The notes below the pieces were generated by a model. That model was not told the DNA's origin. It made no database searches and saw only the letters and a list, made by a program, of their open reading frames with translations. Shown one piece after another: positions 35,001 to 47,000 of a stretch of DNA of 64,000 nucleotides. The DNA is taken from positions 6,324,001-6,388,000 of the forward strand of contig OZ281501.1 of assembly GCA_965637545.1 (NCBI GenBank), given 5' to 3'. The stretch is from Phallusia mammillata (taxonomy: Eukaryota). Position numbers and translations under genes: made by a program. Numbering within the stretch: the stretch's first letter is position 1; every line of letters begins with the position of its first letter.

Positions 35001-38000
35001 AATTCCAGCACATATAGTGGTTTCACTCAGTATTGTTGCTTCTGGATCTCATTACAGCTTTAGGTAAGTTTTAGGGTTCTATCTTCAATTATTGCTGTAT
35101 TTTCGAAATTGTGCATCATTTAAATGACCATTTAAAAAAACGATTAAATCACTTTTGTTTCCATCACGACTCTTGTTTTACACACCAGCACTAATTTATC
35201 TAAACGTGATAAGTCCTTTTTTCAACTCTCAAAGTTAATGTATCTGTGCACATTTAGCCACCACGCAATTCCCCTTGATGTCCTTAACACGTTAAACCAG
35301 GCAGATTTCAGCCTTGAGCGAGCTTAAAGCCGTCGACTATAGTTGCACGTAAACCCCGACTGGTTCAAAACGAGGTCAAGAAACGGGTGGTTATTATTGA
35401 ATTACCCTACCCGCAAGTTTCGGAACCACTTGCGCCTAAAGCTAACCGCAATTGCAACTCAAAGCCGAGATAATGCGACCATTATATCCCCAAGAGGCCT
35501 CTATTGCTGGTGTGTTGACGGTATGCCTATGCAAAGCAATGGAATGTCAATTGCAGATAACTACGAACTATTTGTCGTGGGTTTGTTTAACGTACAAAGG
35601 TGGTTCAAAAGTTGTTGACGGTATTTTATTAGCATGATTCACTGATAAGTCATTGCATGTTTGTCTTTTAAATATTGGTTTGTTTTTTTACACACCACCT
35701 TTTGATTAAAGAACACTATACACGGAAGAAGTTTAATCAAAAACATAGCTGTTGAAACGTCTGCATGTTGTATATACACAAGTTCTCTGGCAGTTATGTA
35801 TTTGATTAAATTGCCTTTTTAATTATTTGATGGAGATTATTACATTCACTTCTGTATATCTTTTGTCCAAAAAGCGTTTTTGGATTTGTCTGCTTTAGTC
35901 AATTAAGCAATGCACAAACATTTTGCAAACTTGTTGCTGCAAAAAATTCCCAACTTGTAGCCAGCTCGTTAAGGCTTACTTAGCATGTCTGTACCATAAC
36001 AAACATATAACGCATTACTCTAACTTCATCTATTGAAGTTTTCCGCCCAAGCGAATTGACTGCGCTACAAACATCTCATTTGACGCTTGATTGATGTGTT
36101 AGTTGACTCTGTCTGGTTCACGGACCTTTGCAAGTGCAAATAAGCAAAGGGAGGTCCCTTGTAACGAGTTGGCGCTATTTCCGTTGCACGGATCTGAAGT
36201 AAACGCCGAAATTCTCACGCCGTTGATTTACGCTTCGTTTGAGCGGGATTGTATTTTGCCACAAGCCGTTTTCGTTAACGGATGTATTGGGAGTGCGAAC
36301 TGATTTCGGAAACACGGTGTTTTTCGGTGAAAACCAGTTGTTTGTGATCTGAATTTTCGTTTTTATTAACACCACTTATGCTTTGATTTTTGATTTTGTT
36401 TTCCAAACTTACTGTTATTAGTTCAAACTAAAATAGCTTTAGTTTTTAAGACGTCTTCCATATAACATGTCTTAATGGGTTTGTTGGTCGTGTAAACTTC
36501 CCAGTCACACCAAAGTTGTTGGGTTCAATTCATGAGAATGAACAACTTAAATAGTTACAGTAAAAGTTAAAAGTTGTAAAAACACGTTGTGGGATAGTTT
36601 TAGATACAACCAGTTTTTGTGCGTTTGTTAATCTTTTCCAACCAATTCAGAAGCATTGCCCCATTACCACTCAATATATACATTATTTGGTTCCCAGCCC
36701 TGGGTGCAACCGGATATACCATTAAGGCCCGTGTGTGGCTGTGAAGACACCACAATCTGATCTTGGGTTTCGGAAACGCCCGCTGCTTTTAATGCAGATA
36801 GTCTTTCTCGATAAGAAAGGGTTTAAAATGGAATGGGACAAAATAGTGGCAATCGATTGTTCTTGAACGCGATAAGGGGCCATTTGATGCAGTGAATTTA
36901 AGCGTCTGTTGGGACACCAAACTGTTTGCTTCCATGTTTAAATGTAGTTTAAGTAAACTAACGTCATAAGAGCTGGTACCATAAACCTACCTTAAGTACT
37001 GTGATGTAATCTTCTTAAAATGCAGCTGCTTTCGTATTTATGCCACTGAGATACCGCATTGTGGTTTGGGCACTTAGAAAATGTTTCACTCGATGACAGG
37101 CCGTTAAGTATGTAGTGAAGTTAAAACCGAAAAGATTGACAATTTGTCCCATGTAAAACACAGACACCACTTCACGCACTTGGTTTCACGAACATTGCTC
37201 TTTTTGACAGGTGCGTTGTTGTAATACTTCTTCGTTGTATTTAATGCTCTTTTTAGCCGTTTCGTAATGTTGTGGATGGGTGGTCGTATAAAACAGAGGT
37301 GGTGTTTTTTCTTACATGCCAATCTTTGTGCCAAACGTTTTGACGCATAAAAGTAGATTAATTGCCTCATTTCAAGTAACTGCTTTTATAAAATTGAGTT
37401 CAAATTAAGCAAAGATGCATTGTAAAATTGAAGCACAATGTCACTAAATGAAGTCAAAGTGTGCTATTCCCTCGACAACTACGCTTGGTTTTGATTTCTG
37501 GTTTTCATCAAACGCTATCGGAACCTTTCGTCCACACCGCACTTACATGATAAAGAAAACCCAAACTTCCTTTTCTTTCAACAAAGTGACATAGTGAGTG
37601 TAACTTTGCTACTTAATAGTTACATGGAACTGTGATAGCTACATTCAAGTTCTTGACGAGTAGCCCTGAAGGAGATTTATATGCGAGTGAAAGAAAAAAA
37701 AATTTCCGTTTTTCGTGGTGTACTAATTTTTTCTGGTAATAGTTTTGATCAGATTCTCTTAAACATAAAAAATACATATTAATTCATGTTATCTGACCAA
37801 AAGGTTTAAAACGGTGCTTAGCAAAACAAGCATCTTTTATAAAGCCGGTTATGAATGGTATACTGCGAATCTATTCTACCAAAAGTGCTGCATAGATATT
37901 TGTTAAGATACACGTGGGATATTTACTTCCAACGTTTTAGAAACCATTTAAAATATACCTCACAAGCGCACGTGTGTCTTTCGTATCAAATTTTGTTCTT

Positions 38001-41000
38001 GGCATCAAATCAATTTTAAAAAGCCTTTCAACGTCTCTTCCGCGTTTTACTGACATCCGATTTGAGCGGGATTTCAAAGCAGGACGCGGCGCTGAACCGA
38101 AAAAATCATCAAACGCTCAGGCGAAGCCGAAACGCAACAAACAAACGCACCGGTTTGAATTGACGATTTTTAAACAACACTACAGACTGATTCTTGCCGT
38201 TCCCCACAAGGCTACATAGTAATGGCTTCCGGGACTGAAACCTCAAAGCAATGCAAACTTATTTTAGTTAATATAGTGTTACAAGTACGTTTGTAGAGAA
38301 GTATAAATAAGCCATGTGTTGTATACCAGGAGGCGACAACGCTTTTTATGCACTGCGGACCGTTTTAAAACTGAAATTTTATCGCGGACAGGTTCTAAAA
38401 AATGTTCAGCATGAAAGTTGATTTCAGCTAATATAAGTTATATAATTGGACTTTCCAACGCGGCCGTATGCAAGGATTGCATTACATTAATCGTTAAATC
38501 ATTTAACCCGAAAAAATATCCCAGTGGTTGCCGACCAGTGCTCCATACCGCAAATGTTTATTTTTCTTAAATTTGCATTGTTGAAAGTTTGTCACGGGTG
38601 CGTATCGCATTTCAATGTGATGTCCCATGAGCTGTGCCATAAAACCACGAATTTCCCACTCAAATTGTCAACGACACTTTCCCAACCAGTATCTCACTTC
38701 CTAATCCCCATAACCCAGATGTTCACCCACCCAAAAACATACACGCTTTCGAAAGACATCTCGCACACGAGCCACTCAAAAGCACATGCAGGAAACGCGT
38801 GTGCAGCCATCCGTGATCCACGTGACTTCCCATGTTTGTGACGAAACAGTGCTCGAGTTCACGGGGTCAGCGGTCCCACCTGTTCCCAATAGTCTGCCCC
38901 CTTAAGCTGTTGACGTTTTTGTGGTGGGCTTCAAACAGATGCGCTCCTGAAATAATGCCGACTTAGCCTTGCTGCGGCATGGGATCAGTTGTAATTGATG
39001 GTTTCGCATCTGTGTTATACGCATCGGCAGACTGATTGTTTTGCAAAGACGGGTATGTGGGTTTTAAAGATTTTACGTGCGCTTATGATTGTCAAAGTAT
39101 GTTATTTTGGAATGAAGGTTTTAGTGGATTTTTTAGGGCAACCACTGTGAACATTTGTCCTTTTTTCGAGGACCACAAAGGTTGCGTTTCAAGGACCCAA
39201 AAAGGTTGCGACAACTTTGTAAAACTGTTTCACGCTTTTTGCAGTAAAAATCTCTCGGTAAAATTGTTTTATGGGAATAACCAAAATCGGCTAGGTAAAA
39301 AATTTCAACCTTCTCTTCATTATACAGATTCATGCAGAATAGCTATCTAGCTGACAAAACATTCTGTAAAAACTCTTATAATAAAAAGCCTCGAGAACGA
39401 CTCAAAAATACTCATTGTGAAGTTTCACTCAACCGTGCCCCCAAGTTCTACAAGCTTTACTTACTCGTTGATTGATGTCAAGCAGTCCAAAGTGAACTTC
39501 ACATTACTCTGGGTCACAGTGATAACGATCGTATGCCACTTCCCGTCCACAATCCTATCACTCCGTAAACTTGCAGTTTCTCTCACATCAAGTGACCCGC
39601 TCACGTAGTCGAAGTGCAAACGGTCACGCTGAAGTCGCACGGCTAAAAGTATGGTCCGGCGATCCTGAAAGTAACGGTATTTTTGACATAAAACACTTGA
39701 AAGTATTCGGAATTTAAATTATAATATCGTAACCTACCAGTCGTTTCGGTAACTCGTATTTTGTCTGTTAAAGTGCTATTGCAACAATTTAAATGGTAAA
39801 GTATGCAAAATTATTTTATGTTTAAACTTTTTTAATATGTTTGGCACAAAGTTTTCAGCGAGTTGCAATTTGAAAGCCGAATCCGGTTCGAGCTCGAAAT
39901 ATATTTTTGAACAAACCCCGAAAAAGCCCCCACTTAAATTTATGACCTCCTTACCCCTTAAATTTAAGACCCCCTGAACCAGACCCCAAAAGCCCGACTT
40001 AAATACAACTCATGTTTAGCAAAGAATTTTCAGTACAGTACGTGTCACCCAGCAAGGTTTCATAGAACAAAAGTCATTTGGGAACAAATTACTTTTAGGC
40101 TAATCAATGAGCTATTCGTGTACTGCGTTCACGAATATTATGTTGCCCTGATTGTTCAATAGTTGTTTTTGATGACTGGGCAAAAACAAAAGGAAGCTAG
40201 ATGTAAAGCGTCGGTAACTAATCAAAGTCGCTTTGACAGTTATTATTCACTACAATTCTTACGTGTTAGTAAAAAATACCTGTCCGAGCAGGGTCAAAAG
40301 AAATTCGTTCTCATTTCTTCTGTGTTGCTTCTTAAACGTCACAATGATAGAAAACTCGGTTGGGAAATAAACACAATTGGTCATAACCTCTGAAGCGTCG
40401 ACACCAAGCAATTTCGCCTCCGGATCAAACCTTGTTGAAATTACCAAACAGAAACTTTAGTTAGTTGGTAAAGCACATTATGTTTTTCCAAGCGTTTACT
40501 TCTACATTCAGACTAAAGGTTTGCCTTTGTGCTTTACCAATGGCAAAACTTTCACATTGATTATGAACACTTTTTAGGTAATAAATATCGTCTGATGTAG
40601 CTCACCTGTAGCCAGAAACACCCTTGTCTTGCGTAACTTCAACTCCTATAGGAAAATGAACAGACTCAGCTAAAGAGATCGCCAGAAGGTCAGTGGCACC
40701 GGTCTCTGCAACAAAGACAAACTGATCAGCAACTTTTATAACAAAACTTTAGGAAAAATACGTTAAAGGGGCACATCATTGTTTATTTTTGACGAAATAG
40801 CGATTACTTATGAAGAAAATAAATGAGTGGATTCTTTTGAAAAACGACATCGCACGTAAATGCTTAGAGTGCCTAAACAGCATTCGGAAAATTTGACATT
40901 GATTGACTGCAGCGAGAATACTGTTGGACGTTTGCCAACCAGTTAACAGAACCGAACCCCCCACGCCACCCAGGCACAAAGTAACCAAGCGATCGGAAAT

Positions 41001-44000
41001 GCCTTGTCGAGTTTTTCTTCCTGTGGTAACGATTCGCGACCTTCAAAGCAGCTTGACAAAACGAAAACTGGTTGTTGACGTTCCCCTTACCCCCCGATTA
41101 TTATTTCAATGACTGGTTTTGGTTTTACCGCTCTATAATCACATCGACCACAATAACATGTTTTGCGCCAATTTAGCAATAAAAGGAAGGAACTTCGTCA
41201 GGGGTCTCGTTTGCTCATTTTCAAAGTTGTCATGTGAATTACTGACGATAACTTGTGTATTAGTATAATGTAGTTTAAAACAGTTTCTATGTTGCTTGTG
41301 GAAAGTTTTTTTATTTTCTTGGGCATGTTTGTCTCATGAGATGTAATGTGTTCAATGCAATAAACAGTTATTCTACACTCTTTTAGCTCCACAGTAAATT
41401 GTTTAAGCTGTTGTACAGTGCAGCATATATCAGTTTACTCAATTTTAAGTTTTCATTCAGACACCCTTTAATCGCAAAGAAACACATGGATGTGATGTTT
41501 TCTACCCACACCTGGGTCGTATTACGCGAGCCTTAATCGAAAAGCCCGTGTTAAGCACGATTGTTGTGGCACGGATCGATTGAAGTATCTGTTCTTCCCA
41601 TTTCTTCTTCCGTTTCCCCGTAACGCCTATTTTCCGTTTACAACAAGGGCTTGTGGTTCGGTGTGTTGGTTCGGGTCGACATGGATTGTTTCCTATTAGT
41701 AAACACTGCTTGGGGAAGTTTGATTGACATGTAGAGTTGGATTTGTACATTTTTGTTGAATTAGTACAAAGGGTTTTCCTGATGTATCGAAGTGTTGGAG
41801 CATAACAATGTTTTATGTTTTTACCCATGTTAAACTAGTTTTGCATGCAATGTTAAAAATCAGCACAAAAGAAATAATTTTATGGAAGTAATCTTAGAAT
41901 TGCGTTAAAGATTCAAAGTTACGTGGGTATATAAACTGTTTTTCTGTCATTTATGAAATATGTTTCAAATACTTTTTAATCTCACGTTATCTATGTTACT
42001 CTGATAGACACACTTGTATCTTAAAACAAAGCATTGACTTTCATGTTTTTGATTCATTATGATTTCGCTTTCCTAAACGTCAACTCACGTACTTTATATT
42101 GCAACAAAAGCGGACAATTTGATTTTGTTTGCCAACAGCATTTAGAAAAAAGTTACACTTTCAATACCTTACTGTATAGAAAGTAAGTCGCGGTTCGAGC
42201 AAAACACGTTGTTTATCCGATTAATCCCAACATGTTTGGTTTTTGGGCGTATGCGGGAAAGACCTTCCCACGTGGTAATTTGCAACATGTTCAAACTGGT
42301 TATTTGCAACTGATTAGGTTTGTCACAATAACGTTTATCGCTTTTGCATGACTAATGACCCTCTTTAAGGAGGTGCACCTGATTAAAGCCACATATTGTA
42401 TATTGATACTCTAACTGTTTACACATAACAACGGGATCAGACATGGTACAAGTATATTCTACAAAGAGTAATACTTTAACACCACTTAATTTGCTGAAAC
42501 TACACAATTATGCACATCCAAAGGAAAATTGGTAATGGTACTTATATTGTTGTTTTCAATTTGACTTGAATACCTAAGGTCATAAATCTGATGATTTAGG
42601 TACAGAGTTTTTTAATCGAATAAAGAACATTGTTGTTGATGTTGGTCATAAAACATCATAAAATGGGGAAACTTGGTGATTGATTTAAATGGAAAGCCAC
42701 CGCAAAAAGGGTAAGAACCACTGGTGTAGATCATTGCGTATGACTTAAGCTGAGAGACAATTTCGTACTTAGGGAATTGGAATAAACAATCGACGAAAGG
42801 CTCTTAACCAACAAAAACGCAAATTGCCTAAAAACGATTTACTGGACAGGCGATTTCGTCTACAACCCAAGTGAACTAAATAAGTAACAGTAAGTAAGAG
42901 AAAAGTATGAAAGGGTTTCGTGACTAACATCGATCATTCAGTCGCCAACTTGTCTCCGATACGATTCAAATCCTATCATTGCTTCACAGTTAATTGGCAT
43001 ATCAAATGTACGAGCGACAATTGGCCTGTATACATATCAATGCATGTATGCGATCAGAAGCGAAGCCGACACAAATCTTGTCCATAGTTTAAGGAGCTTA
43101 ACGAAAGACCGGAAACTAAAATTTAGGTCGTTTCAAAGAAAGACTAATTTTTTTGCAGGCTGATTGTAATCAAATTTCTTCGACGAGTGTTTCAAAACCA
43201 CATTTGAAACAAAGGTTGATTTACTTTTTAGCATATTACTCGAATATTCACAAAGTTATTCATTTGAAATACACTTTTCTTTGTTGTGTTTTATTACTTT
43301 TATTATGTTTTTTTGTCCAATGGTTTTGTATGAACTGAAGATGCCAGTTGGATGAAATACATATATTTTACATGTAAATCCGTTGATTGATTCTGTTACT
43401 TGGAAATTATTTTCTATTCTCGGTCATTTGAAATTATGGTTTTCCTTAAATCTTGCCCCAGTTATTTTCGAACCACCGCGCTCATATTGCATCAGTGGCC
43501 TTTATTTGCACAGATATATTTTCACGAATTGGAGATGGAAGGATAAGACCCAACGTTTCGAACAAAATGCATTCGGCCAACAGCTGCGAAAACCCATTTT
43601 CCATTTGTTGTTCAAATATTGGGCAGTTTTTGCTCGCTAGGGTGAAATATAATGCACCAAGTACCGATGGACTCGATTAGTTGTGCTAGGCTGGGGCTTA
43701 GGGAAAAAGAAATTGCTTTTGTAGTAGTGTTTACCAACATCAGTATAAACAGCTGCCAATTGCGTCTTAATGGAAGTTTTCAATCAATCTGTCTCCTTGC
43801 AGATGCCAAAAATATGCCACCTTTTACGATTTATGTTGTTATTGGTTGTGCACTATTTCTAGCTCGTTGAAAGGAAATTATCCATTATGAAGCATCTAGC
43901 TCAAAAAGGGGTAACCTTTTCTTTGTATAGTACCAGAGTACCTAATAATTTGTGAAATAATTTATCGCCCTGTACACCCTGTAATATGATTTGGTTGTGC

Positions 44001-47000
44001 TATGTAACACACAATTGTGTTGCAATTAACAATGTGTTTTAATTGTTTGCGAACGAGAGCTTATTGGAGAAAACTACAAAGGACTCTTCATGTAGTGGTT
44101 TCGTTGGCCTGAAATTGGCTTTCGTTTTGCCGCGTAAGTTTGGGTCGTACGCCTAACTCAGCTGGTCTCCCGCTAATCTATCGTTTTTGTTGTTTCAAGT
44201 GCAAAATAAACACAAACACCTGGGAATGCAACGCGCAATGTTTCCTCTTCGCTGATTGACACTTGGATCACGTTTTTTGATTAAAGCCACGTACTGATAT
44301 TTGTATTTCTCCCTTGCTACGTATCGACGCACTGATACAAGACGAAGGTTTCTTATTAGTTTGTCGGTGGCTGAAATGTGGAGAACACGAAACGGTGCCC
44401 CCGAAACCTTCCATCAAAATTTGGTACGCAAAGTTGCAAACACATATGTTGCGAAACTACTCTCGTGCGTATTGTATAAATCCCATACTATGTGGAAAGT
44501 CATACGTGTTACGTACATGACAATAATATTGGCATTACATAGATGCTTGGAAGAAAAGATTGCTGAAGGCTTAAAGTAATAATGTGCGTTTTTAGCGACG
44601 TTTCGGTTTCAGCCCGACAAAATCGATATTTTGGGGGTTTGTGGCAGATTTTACATCGTAAATTGTATCTTTCAAAGACGGGTTAAAATACATTTCCAAT
44701 ATAAGATCTCGTTCAAAACAACCAATACGACCAGTATTTAGGTTTGGTCAGATTCGGGCAAAGTTCTTTGGCCTATGTAACCTAATATTAGGTTTCGGCC
44801 CGAGCCTAAGGCTGGTTAGGTGCATCAACTGTATTTTAAACCGCATATGCACTAAAACTGCAGTTTTTTAGTTTTAGAAGGCAAATCCGTATTTTGCAGA
44901 TCCCTATCAAATATAATTACTTTAAAATTATTTATGTGTTGTTGGACTTTGTGTTTGGTCTACATATCGTTAACTATAACCTTCTGTGGTTAGGTATTTA
45001 ACAGGTTTTTCATCAACGTCAATCAAACAACCCTTGGTCGCAGTTTACTAAAAGCGAAACTGTGCTCACTTTGTTCCCAAAACGCCCTCGTTATGTCCGA
45101 ATGGAAACCTTAGCATTTCTCGTTGTTTGGTGATTTGTAGATTTCTTTGCCCCGTGACTAAGTACAGCTAATCGACCCCGAAATAGGAATTTGATCTTAT
45201 AAAGCGTGAACGCGTCGACCAGAACACATTTTATCACTGTAATTCGAAACAGGGTCTTGTACATAGGAAACACGTTTATGCAACCTTAGCTAAAGCCCTT
45301 GTTGCTTTTATGTGCCACAATTTAGTTTGAAAACAAAAAATGTCGCTTTCGTTTACAGTGACACTTTTTTATCTTTACCATGGTTAAATACTTGAATTTT
45401 CAAAACTATATGTTTTTTTTCATGCTTTTCAAAAATTAAGACTTACATTAATACAACATGTCGATCTTGAAATACAACAAGCATTTTAATTCAACGAAGT
45501 ATTGATTGTCAATGTTAGTGTAGCATTTACAATCGTAATGTTATAGTTTAAGACGCAGCGGTCAGTCAATGACCCTCAAACAAGCCGTTAAGGGTTTTCC
45601 AAGCATTCGCGTGGTGGGATATGTTCTAAGCTTTCCATAACAACCTGGCACGACCGTTAGCCAAATACTTGAAAAATTTTTCTCTCTTATAGTATCGTTG
45701 TACAACGGTTTCATTGCGGCAAAATTTTCTGGCAGCAAGGCGCCATTGAGTAGCACAATGCGCCAGAAATTTTGACTTTATCGTGGGTTGGAATTCAGGC
45801 AGGGTGGCGGTGGTTTGGTATCCATCATCTCGACGACGTCAAAGCGCCGCTTTTTGACCAACGCTTGTGGTTTTAGTTTAGACTTTGCGACGTTCCGACG
45901 CTACCTAATCGGACGATGTTTCTTTATACAACTGACGTAAGGATTTTGTAAAGAAAACTCGCTCGGAAATAAGTTTTTTTCGTTGCGCTTGATAAACTGT
46001 TGCCGTTGGTTTACACGTTTACCTTTTGCTTTTAAACAAAAACCGACTTCGCCTATGAACATTTTTATTAACTTTAACAAATTGCTTGATACACATATTG
46101 TTAAGTTAGTTCTGAGCATTTACCTAAAGGCGTTTTTCCATCACAATGGTGTTGTATCTTAAGTTACTTCGGTAATGATGTGTTTTATGCACAGAAAGTG
46201 ATATTGTTTTCCTACGTTTGGTTTTCCTATCTACAGGGGAAATATTTACCAATTTTAAAGAAATCCACACTAAAAAGGCGTGAGACAAAAATATCATCAA
46301 GGTATCTTATGGCAAAATCGTTTTTAACAGCATAAAAATTTCCGCGATTTATATAAAGCATAAGCTACAAATCTGGGTGCATCTTTGTTCCAGCAAACCG
46401 CTCAACACGTCAACCGGTTGGGGATTTGCAAACCCAACACTTCAAACATTGTCGGTTGCTCAGTCGCCGGCCCAATCCCCGCTGTTCGATTTTGATTTAT
46501 GGTTTTTCTATGTAGGCCGCGAAGATGCTACCACTTTTCGCGACCAACGTACGTGTCTCGTTGAAAGTGACATCACTTTTTTATTGTGACGTCACCAACC
46601 TAATATCCCTTCGTTAAAAAACGAACAGAAGCCAATTTGAATGTAGTCAATTTTGTAACAAACTAAATTTTAGTGCCTACAGTGCTGTCATAAAGTCAAA
46701 GAGAAAATTAAAAATAGTCTATTGTGGAAATACAATGCACTTTTTTGCGCTAATATAACGCACTTTCCAATTTGACACATGTGTTGCCCGCAACAGCCTG
46801 TCCGGTTTTCTGATTACGCTTGCCATTTTCTGGCTTGTACAGCGGCCGTACGTCGTGTTCACGCCACAAAAATTGACTATTTGCACCTGGGCAGGTGTCA
46901 TGGCTAATTACACAGTCAAATTTCGGAAGCGATTTTCGTCTGTCGCTTGTGGCTGAGTATACACGATTATAGTCCGGTTTTTCACGCCCTAATTGTGGTT

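Noticed and set aside
35343-35618. CWCVDG thyroglobulin-repeat-like motif
   Set aside because: The other conserved cysteines and spacing are absent and there is no exon structure.
45901-46119. Alternative TSPEAR first exon (MLRTNLT…KAK|gtaaac)
   Set aside because: Phase fits and the donor is good, but it lacks the hydrophobic signal peptide expected for a secreted protein.
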